Source: the human T2T-CHM13v2.0 reference genome, Homo sapiens. From it: a stretch of 64,000 nucleotides of DNA. The stretch lies in assembly GCF_009914755.1 (NCBI RefSeq), contig NC_060931.1, one strand, 5' to 3'. Below the pieces are notes generated by a model. The model searched no databases, was not told the origin of the DNA, and worked only from the letters and a program-made list of their open reading frames with translations. How positions within the stretch are numbered: the stretch's first letter is position 1; each line of letters starts with the position of its first letter. Below, piece by piece: positions 13,136 to 27,015 of this stretch. The position numbers and the translations under genes were made by a program.

Positions 13136-14520
13136 CAAATCGGTGCAAAGAAAACATTTTAAAGTCCCCTGGGTTAAAATTTTGCTACTTATACTTACAA
13201 ATCTCAGATTTTAGTCAGATTGCTTCTGTGAATATGTGAGACCAAATGTAAATGTTTCCAAAAACCTTATAATATATGCTTGAAAAATGATAATGAACCA
13301 AATGAGTTATACGAATGAAGGTAAAATATTCTGATTAATACGGCAGGGAAGTTTGGACTGCAAGGATTAAATACATACAGAGAAAAAAAGCACAATATTA
13401 CTACTTTTAATCTTGAAATTCGTGTTTTTTCAAATTAGTCTTAATACAAGAAGCTTCCAGTCTTATCACTTCTATTTTTGAAATTTAAATTTGTTATTTC
13501 CATAGTAATCTTGAAATCACATTATTTTAAATTTAATGGGTTCAAACAAAACCCCTAGAGAACACAGGGGGAATATTTCTCATCAATAAGGAAACGCCTG
13601 GGTGATGATTTGTCTCATTATTTTTATCCAGTACACTAAGCTAATATATATTTTACTAGAATAGAAATGCAAAGCATGTTGGTGGTTCCCTGACTTCCTA
13701 CTATCCTCTAAAGAACACAGACATACAGAGAAAAAAAAATGTTTCAACAATTTTTCTATAACATCACTTTTACTTTTTCATTCATTACCTTACTGCTTTG
13801 TCAAATACCTAAGAACAGAATTAAATAGAATCCCAGGAGTTTCCATGCTTTAAGATTTCAAACTTCAGATGTCTGTGAATTTTTCTGGACACAGATTTCC
13901 CTAATCCTTTACCACGAACATCAGGATTTAAAAGGAATCAGCCGTGCTTCAAAGAGTATAGGCACAGATACCACTAAGTGACTAATTATAGCAAGACCTG
14001 CATCTAGATAAATATCGAATAAAATATGATTAAGCATCAGATCAGCTGAACCTAGCAAATACATGACTAATGACTAATAGCTCATAGGAAAGCAAGGTTA
14101 CATTCTATCCTAGTGTTGACAACTGATCGTGTCTCCAATGTGTCTCAGATTTAAAAGCAGGGGGAAGGAGGTGAGGAGGGAAGGCTAGAACAACCCTGAC
14201 CAGATATGCAGCCCTTCCTCATTAACATACGGGAAAAGACTGTAAAAATGAGCATCCACACACTGCATGTCATAAAGAAGACAGTTTATTTTTTCCTTTA
14301 AAAAGTCTACTCACGATGGGATAATTCACCTCATGTTATGGACTCCTTAGAAAGAGGTAGTTTAAGTTGTAGATAAGCATGTATCCTGGGTTGAGCTATT
14401 AGTCATGCAAGTTAAAGTCCATGCGTTATTTATGATTTGAAATGTGTCAAAATATACTTTTATCACCACAAATCAATACTACTCACTTCCAGGGCTCTTG
14501 ATTTCCTGTTTGGTGATCTG

Positions 14521-14523
<3 letters not shown>

Positions 14524-14565
<42 letters not shown>
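14524..14565. repeat. (TG)n microsatellite, about 21 units
   Basis: Uninterrupted tgtg run. Confidence 0.97.
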
Positions 14566-14569
<4 letters not shown>

Positions 14570-17500
14570 CATCCTCTGAAATTCTTTTTGTACACACTTC
14601 AATCTGTATTAATGATTTGATGGTAGAAAGAGGGGAAGAGGAATGGAAATCAGCATAATTGTCCTCCAGCTCCAGGAGTAGACTCTGGGACATTTTCTTG
14701 GATTAATCTGTAAGGGTAAAGGTTTGCCTCTGTATTGATCTGTAAAGCTTGTTATACTGCCCTAATGCACTGTTTTCACTTTGGGAAAATGCTAAATGAG
14801 ATTGCTGTCTAACATTAGAAGGCCATAAAACACAAGCCATGGCACCTTCCATTCAGGATAAAGGTTTCAAAACATTTCCAATATGCATTATGGTAAACCC
14901 TCCATATATTCATAGAGTCAGCAATTGACTTTTATTGACTGCTTTCATTCCTGCTGATGGAAAAAGCCCCTATTAGGCAAAAATAATGAAAGGCAGACTT
15001 TCAAGATACCTAGGAAGGAAAATTAAGTCTTAGCAGCAAAGGACGATTAGACAAGTTAATTTCTTTGTATGTAAGGAAGAGGCAAAGAAATGGTGAATGA
15101 CAATGGTAAGAGAAGGATGAAATATAGATTTGGAAAACTTAAAACACTAATAAAGAAGTGGGAAGATCTAATAGTTACTCAAAAACATGTTTAGCAAGAA
15201 GAAATCGGTGGAATAGAGTCAACCTTTGAAAATATACATGTAACAAAAACAAGAAAAAAAATCCAGTTTTGTGGTCACTTGAAATTACTGGGAACCTTTC
15301 ATGGATCCTACCATATGTATGCACATCTCTTTTCTTTTCTTTCTTATACTCTTTTACTCTGCTCTTCCCTTTCTCTCCCCTCATCTCCACAAGCACTAGC
15401 AGCCCGCCCTCCCTTTGGCCCTCCCTACCCCACACAGTGGCACCAAAGGCCCAAGGGGTTGCTGACAGTACCAAAGGTAGAACTGGAGTCCCAAAGATTT
15501 GACCCCAGAACAAAATCAAAAGAAGCACTTCTGGTAGATATTCTGTAGCCTGTCACCAGTAAAACATTCTTTGGCTAATGTTTAATGTTAATATTCACTT
15601 AAAAGGCATCTAAAAAAATATATATCCAAGTATTTTTTCTCCTTATACTAACAGGTCTATTGTAGAAACTTTGGAAAAAGAAAAGAATAAAGATACACAT
15701 TTAGGCTGTTTCTAATTTTTCACTGCTTAAAAAACATGGTGAAGGACATAAATTATTAACTACCATTTCTGATTATTACCTTAGGAGACTTTCCTGTAAG
15801 TTAAATTAACTGATCAAAGAGAAACGAAAACAGTTTTAGCAAAAACAAAGCCAAGGGAGTATTCAGAAGTCCCCTCTTAAGACTCTATAACACAGTTACA
15901 CTCGGTTATCTGTTTTAAAACTATCTGTTGGTTCCACTGCTGCCTCTATTTTCAAGTCTTAGAACCTTCTTTGATGTGGGTCTGAGCTTTACATTTCAAG
16001 AAAACTACTTACCCATCTTTTTAGTTCTGCTAATATTAATGGTAAGGATAATAAGGTAACTTCAGAGAAGGAAAAAATGTGGAGATAACACTCCTCACAC
16101 CACTCTCCACTCAGAAGGCTAAAAAAATCATGTAATGACAATCAGTTAGCAGCCACAACTCCCAAGGCTCTAGAGGACACTGAAGTCACTCATTACGAGT
16201 CTAGGCATGCAAAGAAAGGATCCTTTCCCTGTACCTGAACCAGAAGTATGCTGAGAGAGTTCTACAGATACTATGATGAAATACCAGAGAGAGGGAGAAG
16301 AGAGGGAACAAGAAGGAAAGAAGGAGGGAGAGAGAAAATGAAGATGAGAATGGCTGGTGTTAAAAGGAGAATTCTATTTTTTTTTTAACAGGTTCTGATA
16401 ATGCATCCTTCATGGGATCAGGTGGTCTCATAAAACCATATTTTACACTAAAAGCCGACACACAACACAGTCAGGGAATCAAATCTTTAGGTCTAATTCC
16501 TATAGCACAATGCAAAAACTTTAATTTTTTCTCTACCAACTTTTCATTAGCTGTTAAACCCAGTGATCAGGATTTCTGCTTTTCTTTTAAAACACAAAAC
16601 TAAAGCTACTAGGCACATTGCCAATATTTAAAAATATGTAATCATTCACTTTTGTTTTTCTCATCACTTATAATTAATCTATCGTAAAATGCAATATGAA
16701 GGAAGAAAATATTTATCTGAAATGTACTATATTAACTTTTTATTTTTAATTTTACCTTAAATCTAAATATCCTAATATTTGTTTTCAGAGTAAAATGTAG
16801 TCTCTAATTATGCAAGATCTGAAAAATTCAATTTTAAGCTTTCCTGACATTCTTAATAACTGCTAACCATTTTATTAATGACATTTCCATTTGAGCTGTA
16901 ATCAAATTTCCACAATTACACTTCAGAAGTCCCTCTCTAAAGTGGTCCAAACAGCTCCAAAAGCTGCCTGCTTTGTTTCCATTTGTTTTCATATACAATT
17001 TGAGATGCTATTTCTTTTGATTACTAACATGATGAATGTTAACTAATATGTTTTCTACCATCACAACACAAAATGCCAAGCAGCCTCCACTGTTACCAGA
17101 GAAAGGAATGCCAACCTGGACATCACCTAGCTCAGTACTTAGCTCAACGAACCAGTCACACTGAGAGCAGACTATGACCTGTAATGAGGGCCATACTATT
17201 TAATCAAATAGCTACAGCTTGGGCTTTAAAAGAAAAGGTTAGCTTTGGCTAGCTAGAAAACAGAGCATATAAAATTCTATCCTATAAACCCAAGGTTTGA
17301 AAGAATAGTTTCTATCTGAAAATACTTTAAGACTTAACATTTTAATTTTAATCCACTGTTGACTTTGGAAAAAGATGTCAGGTTCACAATTCCACAGTCA
17401 GATCTACGTGGGGAACGTGACCTGGAGGGCAGGAGGGGAAAGCACTGCCAGCCTTCCACTCCAGTGTTAGGACCCTGAGTAAAAGCCCTAAACCCAGGAA

Positions 17501-20419
17501 AATCCAAAAGAGAGGACCTCTGGCCACCTATCCCTGCTAAAATGAGCAACAGTACTCTATATACACAGATACACAGTTCTTATGCCAATAGGCCTCATAC
17601 ACCCTAAACAGATGGGTACAAACATACCAAAGTGTAAGGTGAGCAAACAACTTTTCAATTTTGCAATATGTTTTTCTTTTTCAATAATATTGGGTCCTTG
17701 GAAATGATGGGGGGCAGGGTGGAAAAACCTAGGAGAGCAGGACTCTAATAACATGTGGCCACGTGACAGCTGGTAGGGGTTGGTGTCTTCTCTGTGGTGC
17801 TCAGGGGAGAGTAACACACCCTGACACGATGGGACTCCCCTGCTGCCTGGTTTCTTCTCAAGCCACAGCTCTCATTCTACCCTTCACAGAAAACCCTCTT
17901 GGGATCTTGCCAACTGCACCAAACCCTGAGCTGGATCCCACTGTATGGGCTCACCCAGCACAACTGAAGAGCTGGAGAGTTCCTATTCCTCATTAGAGGT
18001 CTGAACTTAGGAAACTGGGTCTCCAAAGAATGAGGGTCCCCAGTTTTGTTTAGTTGTTTAACAGGTGGAAGGATTTGGGAAGTCAGACATTTGGTATGAG
18101 GTGGAAGAAACAAGCCATTGGCTAATTTTTACTTTCCACCATATCTTGGTGTTCTTGACTTATATTTGGGCTACATATCGCTAAAAAGGGAGATAAAATT
18201 TTTACTTAATTCTTACTTAAAAGATACCAGGACTAAGAGGCAATAATTGTACAGAGTTTGGTGACTCAACATAACTGATGGCAACATGAACTCAATCTGG
18301 AAGGACCCCAAATAAACTTCCAGATCACATATAATTTAGAACAACCATGTACTCATGGGATGCTATTTTCTCAAGCCTACAAAGTCTTCTCAACAGGCAA
18401 AATTCTACAGCTAACAAATTGCGCTTTCGTCTGGGTGGGAAGCCTTTATTTAGAGAGCTATAAGCCATCCCTCCCTCCCTTTCTTTCTTAACAATGCTTG
18501 AAATATTGTTATTGCTTAACAAATGTCAAATAATAACGCTGTAATAAAAACAAGCACTAGTGGGTTAACAATGCAGTTTTCTAGCAGCAGTTATATAAAG
18601 TATTCTGGGTAGAACTACCTCCTAGCATGCACATAGTGGGAACAGAATAAAATCACAGCCCATAGAAGTAGCCCTTGGTTATAATAATTGCAAATTTGAA
18701 GATTATTCTCTTTGTCCTTTCAAAAGATCCACAGGTATTGGAATGAAACTGTTAAATCCGAATCTCCAAAGGATATATCAATGTGTGAATGAGACCAAGT
18801 AATCTTAACACAGACCAAACTTTTTATTTGAATATCTCAATTAGGTTTCAGGGTCAAGAAAAGCATCGTTATTATTACTATTATTAAATAAAGGCATGGC
18901 ATTTACTCTCTCCTGACTTCGTAAAACAACTGTTTAATTACATAACAGAAATATGTTCATCATGAGCCATATACAATGCATCAATCATAGATTTTTCCTT
19001 AAATAACTATTTTCTTAAATATCTATATAATGTATTCTACTTATGGTGATACCCTCGAGGCTTTGTGAGTTATTTCCAATCCCTCATGATGCTACTTTGG
19101 AATGTTCATCAAAATTGGTCTTAGGATTAAAAACATGAGGGTTGGTTGGTTCATTTATTCCTTTATCTACTCAGTCACTCCCAAAACAGAAGGAAGACAG
19201 GAGGAACTGGGATAAGTTGAGGAAAGCAGAAAGATATTAGGAAGCAAAATAATCTATTGGAACTAGAGGAGAAAGGGAAGGAATACACTCTTCCCGGTGG
19301 TGGGTTGCTGTGCCCAGCCAGTCCCTCTGTTTTTTCTCCACCTGCACGAATCTGGCAGGTGGAGAAAAAACAGAGGGATTGGCTGGGCACAGCAACCCAC
19401 CCACTGGGAATGACGAGGGAGAGAAATGGGGAGTTCAAGGCTGGGAACTAAAGCAAACTATGACATCTTGTCTTCGAAGGTAACTTTAATTTCAGGTTCT
19501 TGAAGGGGTGGTACTGCCTTTATCACCCATTTTTCCTGCAGAAAACCTCATGTTTAGAAGGTAGATAACTGGAAATAGCCAACACGGGAGTCCCCAATGT
19601 AGCCAAGGGACAGGGCACCAGGCCTGGCAATCTACAAGGTTTTTCCAACAAAGGATACTAACAATCAACCTAAGACTTAATGAGAAAACTGAAGGGAACA
19701 TCAAACATACCCTCCCAGAAATAATCCTTCCCTATTTGGAGAAATACATACTTCATGGACCTTCTTATATCACTTTCCTCAATCTATTATAATAGCTTAC
19801 AATCACAGACTCTTGCTGTTGGGTAGTATGCAAGCTGCGTTCTGTGCAGAAATATAAGTGGGCACACATTCATGCGGAGCTTCTATTTTTAGGTGATTAT
19901 AATTTTTCACAAAGAATTGCCCTTTGGGATGAATTTTATATGCTCATTCTCAGCTGAGGGGTGACTCGGGTGGTGCGAAGTTTGGTGAAATTTCATTTGA
20001 GTAGTCCATGCATAAAAATACATTCCAGTACCCCTACCTCTTCCCTGCCGTGATCAAATTTAAGAGAGTGCTTTTAATACCAAGAGAAGTCAAGAACAGT
20101 TTAATTTTAAAAATTTCAAAACTGTCACATATCTCAATGAGGACTGTGACACATTCTAAAAAACTAGGTTAAGACCAAAATTTAAGTTTGTGGTGAGAGA
20201 GCGTGTTACATTACTTTACGTGATACACTTTTTTCTACTACATTTTAAAAGCAAGATCCAAATACCAGATACACACTGGAAGGACTGTGTCTGGCTCCCT
20301 TAACTGAAAGAATTGCAAATGTATTTATTTTAGGGACAAGTGAAGAAAAAAAATTATCCATATTGATTTGCCCTTTAAGTGTCAGAGTGCTAAAAATGAA
20401 GAGTGGCGGGAGCAGCAGT

Positions 20420-22130
20420 GGGAGGAGGGGTAGAGTCAAGCCTTTTGTCTGTTTTCCATCCCTATCGGTTACTTGAAGAGGAGAATGCTTAGGCACTGCT
20501 ACTGGAAGAGGGAAATCCCAAAATGGGGCCAATAGGCCATGCTGCCAAACTTCCTTGGATGCAGTGCTGCGAGGCAGAAAGAATGTCATGTGGACATCAG
20601 AGCTGTGCCACTGTGTACAGACTAGGAAGGGGGAGTAAAGGATGTGCAGGAACAAAGGGGAGGGGAGAGAATACTAAATACTCCCCCAAGAAACTTATTT
20701 ACTGGGGGAGAAACATACACACTCATAAAGGTCACAAGTAACACAAGGCAACCGAAGTGTCAAGGAAACAGTACAGGCAGTATACACTACAGCTGTTCTG
20801 AGGGCATAACCATTCTATTGTGCGTGGACAGTGTGGGGGAAGGGGTAGTCTGGGGGGGTTCCAAGGAAGAGAGGAGATGGGACTTTAAAAATCCCACAGA
20901 GTGAAGGGCAGGACTGTAAGACTCAGAGGGCGTTTGAGAGGATCTAGGTGAGCTGAGGTCCAGGCTCAATCGAGTCTGGCATATTCAAGGGACTCAGGTT
21001 GTAGTAGAGGGTTGGAAGGGTTGGGTAGTGCTAAGAAGGGAGGGGCCGGGATATGGACAGTCTGCCAAGAAGAGACAGCACACCTAGAGTCTATCCTGCA
21101 GGTGTTGACAAGCCACTGGCCTTTCTAAATGAGAGGGTGAAGTTATAAAGGTACCATCTTGAGAAGGCGGATCCAGTGTAAAAATAAATCAGATGGATAG
21201 AAGTGGAACTCCATGGCAGAGAGGTCAGTGGAGCAGCACCCAGCTATAAAGATGAAACAAGCTGATGAAGAGAATGATCCGGCAAGAATGGAGGCATGGA
21301 AAGCAAGGATGGAATGATGTGGTAACTGAGAGGACATGGAAGTAAAGAAGAGGAAGGACTGAGAGAATCACAGGATGGCTTAGGCCTTGGGGATTTAAAG
21401 AATAAACATGCTCGAGTAATGACAGGAAGCTCAAGTGGAAATGACACCTCCTCACCACGATCTAAAGCGTGGAGTTGGAGCTCAGCATGATGGCAGGGCT
21501 ACAGCTGCAGTGTCAAAATGCCCTGCAAGATGTGGTGGGGAGCATAGAGGCAAAGGGCAGAAAGGACAGCAGAAGCTTGGGGAACAGTCCATACCTGGGG
21601 GTGACAGGGAAGGAAGATGGAGCAGTAGGGGAACTGACCGTGGAGAGAACTGGTGTAACACAGCATCACAAGGCTGGGGAGACCAGAGTTTCACGACAGA
21701 GAAGACAGTCAAAAAGAAGGAAGACTGATAAATGGCCAAGGAATGTGCTCCATAGCAAGCTGGAGAAAGAATCTGAGCAGAGAGCGTGAGGCAGAAGCCA
21801 GGTAGAAATTGGTAAAGAAGAAAGTGGGCAGTGAAGAAGAAATGGAGGTGGCAGGATGAGGTCAATTCCATATCCTTTAGAGTGCCTGTGAGATACTAGG
21901 CACTGTGGGACAAGACAAAGAGACTGAGTCAGGCAGACCTATCTAGCCCATTAAGAACTGCTTTAAAGGGACACATCTGGCAACAGTAAAATACAAAAGG
22001 GAAGGATTACATCTGGCTGGAGATGACTAGGAAAAGTTTTAGATGAGATAATGGAATTTCACTAGGGTCTTCAAGAATGGAAAGGGCTTAGGCAGTTAGA
22101 CATGGGATACAAAGGCATTCTAGACAGACA
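20420..22130 (-). mobile_element. Degraded L2 region (antisense)
   Basis: Long GA-rich stretch with L2-like motifs (e.g. ggacatcagagctg, gaggtggcaggatgagg); boundaries uncertain. Confidence 0.45.
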
Positions 22131-23116
22131 AGTAAATGAAGGAAAGGCAGCAAAAGAAGAGAGAAGAAAAGGCTAGAGCTGGAGGCAGTGACATCTCTAA
22201 CAGACTTTTTTTTTTTTTAAGATTCACATGGAAATTTACATACAGATTAAAGAGCCAAAACACTTTCATCAAGGACACATTCTGCAAGCAGACCATGACA
22301 TTCCCATCAAGTAGAGGAACCAGTAAAAATGTGCTTAAAAGTTAGGATGTCAGGGAAGGTAGTGTGAAAAGAGTGAGTTTTCAATTCTTTGAAAGAAAGA
22401 CAAAGAAGGGCAGGCAGAAAGGAGGGCATGGTCCTTGCAGACCTGGTGTGGTTAAGGAATAACACTTCGATTTCCTAAGAAGGGTGTCCACAGTGAAGGA
22501 TATTACAAAATGAGGCTGGTGAGATGGGGAGGAGTGGAAGGAAATGGTTTGCTGGGTGGGAAACCTCACCAGCTGGGTCAGTGCTCTGATAGCAAGAGGG
22601 ATTCTGGTGAGTAAGCCCACGCATGAGAAAAAAGCAGTACATGAGAAGAAGGTTCTCCTAAAGGAGCTGGACACAGAACAGCAGAGACGGAGTATGAACT
22701 TGGGGGAGGCCCCGCTGCCTGGCCCTGCAGTGGTACCTGAGCAGGTGTAGGGGACCCCATGATGGGAGATGCTCAACGCTGGCAAGGGATACTCCAGGTC
22801 CTCTCTGCCCCCCAGGCTGTACTTTCCACTACAGCATCTAATTTTACATATAAGGTAAGTATATCTAAGGCAGGAATATATTTACTCATTTACTGATGGG
22901 CTTCACCTCACACTTATACTGAGTGTCCAGTACTTCCAGCCCAAGTCCTTTCTTGCTCTCCAAAACAGACGTGCAGTAAAATGAATGGTTAATGAGTAAT
23001 GGAAAATGGAATAAGAGTTTATGGATGCTAGACAGCAATGATTACTTATTCTGCATGAGCTCATGATTTCACAAGTTTAATTTAAAATCATATACCATGT
23101 ATATGCTAACATACAC

Positions 23117-23119
<3 letters not shown>

Positions 23120-23159
<40 letters not shown>
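23120..23159. repeat. (TA)n microsatellite, about 19 units
   Basis: Pure atat run. Confidence 0.97.
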
Positions 23160-23160
<1 letters not shown>

Positions 23161-23173
23161 TTGACATAAATAC

Positions 23174-23209
23174 CTACACTTGATCTTAGCCAAAAGGCTG
23201 AGAAATGAT
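23174..23209 (-). pseudogene. 3'-truncated U2 snRNA retrocopy (U2 nt 1-36)
   Basis: Minus strand ATCATTTCTCAGCCTTTTGGCTAAGATCAAGTGTAG versus U2 ATCGCTTCTCGGCCTTTTGGCTAAGATCAAGTGTAG: 33/36 identical, starting at U2 nt 1. Confidence 0.9.
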
Positions 23210-24250
23210 TATAAAATATATCTGAAAAAATACACAATTGCAAATAGCAGTTGCTTCCAAGCAGGGGAGTTGGATAGGTGGCCAAAGAGTTATGAAGGAG
23301 ATTGACTTTTGCATATAATATTTACATTTTCTATCATGTGCATATATTGCTTATCAAGAAATAATGTTCAAAAATATACGGCATTTTATTTATATATATT
23401 GTATCCTCCGAGAAATTGCTGTAATGAAGTTTGCTTTTCCCTCTAGATGCCTGGGCACCACAATTCCTAATGGTGATGCCATTTCCACACGTTTTGTGGC
23501 ACTAAATAGAAAACTGATTGAAAACTTAAAGACGACAGATATGAAATCCCACATGCAAACTCTACACAAAGACCAAAATGTAAGCTGGGAAACAATTCAT
23601 AATGCTCCCTACATTATCAGCCTTCAGCACAAGTTTGGCACAAACCCTTCTGATTTAGTATCTCAGTAACCTTGTGAGAAAAGACACAGAGAAACCAACA
23701 CATTATTGAAGTCATGGGGCAAGCCATTGGGTGTGAGGTGTAACACGAGCATTTGGAAAGCCTGGAAGCTTTCTCTATTCATGAAATTGTAAGTTGGCCC
23801 CTTCTCTGTCTTTTTAATTGCTCTCTCCCCACCTGCTTTCCACTTTTATTTATAAGTAATTCCCAAAGCTCAGATCTATGTCCCTACTCCTCTTCTACAG
23901 TTCCTTGTGAAAGTATTTTCTTTCTTTAGAGGTACTCCTACGACTCTGTTTGTGACTGAAATGGATTTCGAGTCTCTTCACCAGTCAGTAGCTGTGTGAT
24001 CTTAGGTTTCTTTAGTCTTCAGTTCTTCTATAAAATATACAATCAGTAATCTTAGCCATCTGAAGCCAGGGACTACATCTGACGATCCTTTTAGATTCCT
24101 TCTAAGACTCTAAGTATCAACTGGTTATGGTCAATTTATTATTTGTTTTCTTATCCAAACAAGATTTTCCTCCTACTTTTCATCAACAGCAATATTGTTA
24201 GCTCATCATCATACATCAATTTTTGGTTCTTTTGTTGTTATTTATTTTCC

Positions 24251-24457
24251 TTTTTTTTTTTATTATACTTTAAGTTTTAGGGTACATGTGCACATTGTGC
24301 AGGTTAGTTACATATGTATACATGTGCCATGCTGGTACGCTGCACCCACTAACTCGTCATCTAGCATTAGGTATATCTCCCAATGCTATCCCTCCCCCCT
24401 CCCCCCACGAAACTGGAAATCATCATTCTCAGTAAACTATCGCAAGAACAAAAAACC
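24251..24457 (-). mobile_element. Young L1 (L1PA2-like) 3' end with 5' inversion
   Basis: Poly-T plus L1 3' UTR antisense (24251-~24408), then a sense L1 fragment gaaactggaaatcatcattctcagtaaactatcgcaagaacaaaaaacc (~24409-24457). Carries GAG at the ACA/ACG diagnostic site. Confidence 0.92.
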
Positions 24458-24464
24458 TTTTTTT

Positions 24465-24771
24465 AAATTATTATTTTTCTTGAGACAGGATCTCGCTCTA
24501 TCACCCAGGCTGGAGTGCAGTGCTGTGATCACAGTTCACTGTAGCTTTGACCTCCTGGGCTCAGGTGATCCTCCCACCTCAGCCTCCTGAGTAGCTGGGA
24601 CTACAGGCGTGTACCACCACACTTGGCTAATTTTTGTGATTTTTTTTTTTTTTTTGCTGAGATGGGGTTTCACCATGTTGCCCAGGCTGGTCTCAAACTT
24701 CTGGGCTCAAGTGATCTGCCCTTCTTGGCCTCCCAAAGTACTAGGATATGGCATAAGCCACAGCACCGGCT
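24465..24771 (-). mobile_element. AluJ
   Basis: Antisense Alu with J-type gtgatcacagttcactgtagctttgacctcctgggctcagg. Confidence 0.92.
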
Positions 24772-26810
24772 AATTCTTTATTTTCAAGAAGTCACTGAGA
24801 TTGTTAGTTCCTGTTTTAAAATACCTTTCACTTTTAACATTCCTCAGTTTCCCATATCCTTACCATAGGCTAAGTTATCACTTCAAGCATACACTACTAT
24901 TACTTAACTTTCAAATAGTCTATCTGCCTCAGCTGCCTCCTTTTTGTGTTCATCTACACGAATTCTAGTGAATGAATAGCCTGCAAAATGCCAATCTTTC
25001 CCAGGAGTCAACAGCATTCTTCCTTCTCCCTCTCCTCCACCTACCAAAGCTAATTTTACTTCCAAAATATTTATCATATCCCCTGCCTCCTCACAAGGTA
25101 TTACTTGTGATGTTGCAAGAAAGAGTACCCACTGAAATTTCTGTTAAACCACTATTACCTATTCTGGCCTCAAAGTGAAGGACAGATGGTGACATTTGCA
25201 AGGTTGTTTTCAAACACAATCTAATATGAACCAGTATAACAGCCGAAGAGCGCAACTGCACATATTCCTAATGTCCATTCCCAAGCTATGTTATACAATT
25301 ATAAAATCATTCTCTGAATTGATTTTATTTTCTTCTCTTGGATAAGGGCACTATCTACAGCAGCGATAAGTTTCCATAGGAACTAAATTCATTTCAAAAG
25401 GTTTGAACATAGAGGCTTTAAAAAAAGTGCTCAAACAACATACGAATTTTGTACATAGTGCCTTGCAGTCTTGAAATCAGAGCATTGTAAATGTTAACCT
25501 TTTAATCTCCTGAAAGTCCCTGGAAATGAGAAAATGGTCTCTATTTGGGAAATGGATATGTTTAAGGTAACTGGTAAGGAAAAGAACTTAGAAGGTGAGT
25601 TGCTAATTCGTAATATCTCATCTCTAGCATTAAACACAACTAATCACACATGATAACATTATTTACTAATTCTTAGAAAATAAGTGCAGCATGCATCCAA
25701 GTAGTTGCTAATATTTTCCTACTTAATATTCCATAAATTAAATATAAAAACTAGAAGAAAATACACCTTCGAAGTATTTTATAGCTAATAAATGTGAGAA
25801 GTTCATACGGGTGTATAAGCACACTGAACTGCACGTACCTCTGTGAAGCATCCACACGGTAACTCTGTAATTTGAAAATTCTAACATGTTTCTCTTTTTG
25901 TTCTGATTAAATATTCAGTACTGATGCCATAAGAAGGCATTAAATTCCAACATATCCCTTTGTATTATATAAACGGATTTAAGCATTTTACAGAGGACAG
26001 GCAAGATTTAGCAAATTGGCTTAACATTCTAGTCTGCTGCTGAGACTAAAATGAACAAGACCAACTACGAAGTATAGAAAACAACAATCTACCACACAGA
26101 TTCTCCAAATGATTATGATGAGTCTCATACACGAGTATTTCAGAGGTGGAATCTCAATGATTTCTACGTAAAGGGATAATGATATATTACTGTAGGACCA
26201 AATAATGCATTTCTCAATTCATGTCTGGATTGGATTCACCATGCTGAGCTCCATTAGTTTTACATCTCCCTAAGGGTTCCAATTCAGCAGTATTAATATA
26301 TGCCATTACACACAACCCAACCTAAGAATGGCTGCCTTATGACAGCCCCTTAATACTACTCTCCAGTTGAGTATGTCTGGAGAAAAATCACAAAACTAGG
26401 GAAACTAGAATCACTATAAATTCACAGGCACTAAATCCTGCCACAATGTTATGGCACTTCTTTGGTAAACTCACTCTCCCCCTATTACTAGGATTATTCA
26501 TGCCATCTGCAGCCTCCTCAAAAATCTCGCCTGGTTCTTTTCCCTTTCCACCCTTGGCTAATGTGCTGGCCTGTTGTTTCATTGAGAAAAAAAAAATAAA
26601 CCAAAAGATAACTCCCTCATCTTCCCAACATAAGATCTGGATCTGCACCCATCTTCTTTTCTATTGATACTTTGGAGGAAGAGTGTCTCTCTCATCCAAA
26701 GAAAGGCAATCCCTATGCATGGATCCAATTCTTACCTTCCCCCACCCTTGCCTGCTAGTGGGATTTTCTCTCCTGAGATGGTTCTCACCACATTCTGGCA
26801 TTCTCTAGAA

Positions 26811-27015
26811 CAGTGCTATCCAACAGTGCTTTCTTCAGTGATGGAAATGTACTAAATCTACGCTGTCCCAACATGGTGGTCACACCACCGGTGGCAAGTA
26901 AGCACCTGAAATATGACTAGTGCAAACAAAGGAAATGCATGTTAAATTTTACTAAATTTTAATACATTTAAACAGTCATAAGTGGCTAGTGGCTACCATG
27001 TTGTTGGAAGCACAG
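26811..27015. mobile_element. MER3 (hAT-Charlie) with 8-bp TSD
   Basis: cagtgctatccaacag...ttggaagcacag; flanked by ctctagaa (26803-26810) and ctctagca (27016-27023). Confidence 0.85.

Noticed and set aside
22544-22750. Coding-looking ORF (EKKVLLKELDTEQQRR)
   Set aside because: No protein family that I recognise and no splice, poly-A or TSD support; BLASTX would be needed.
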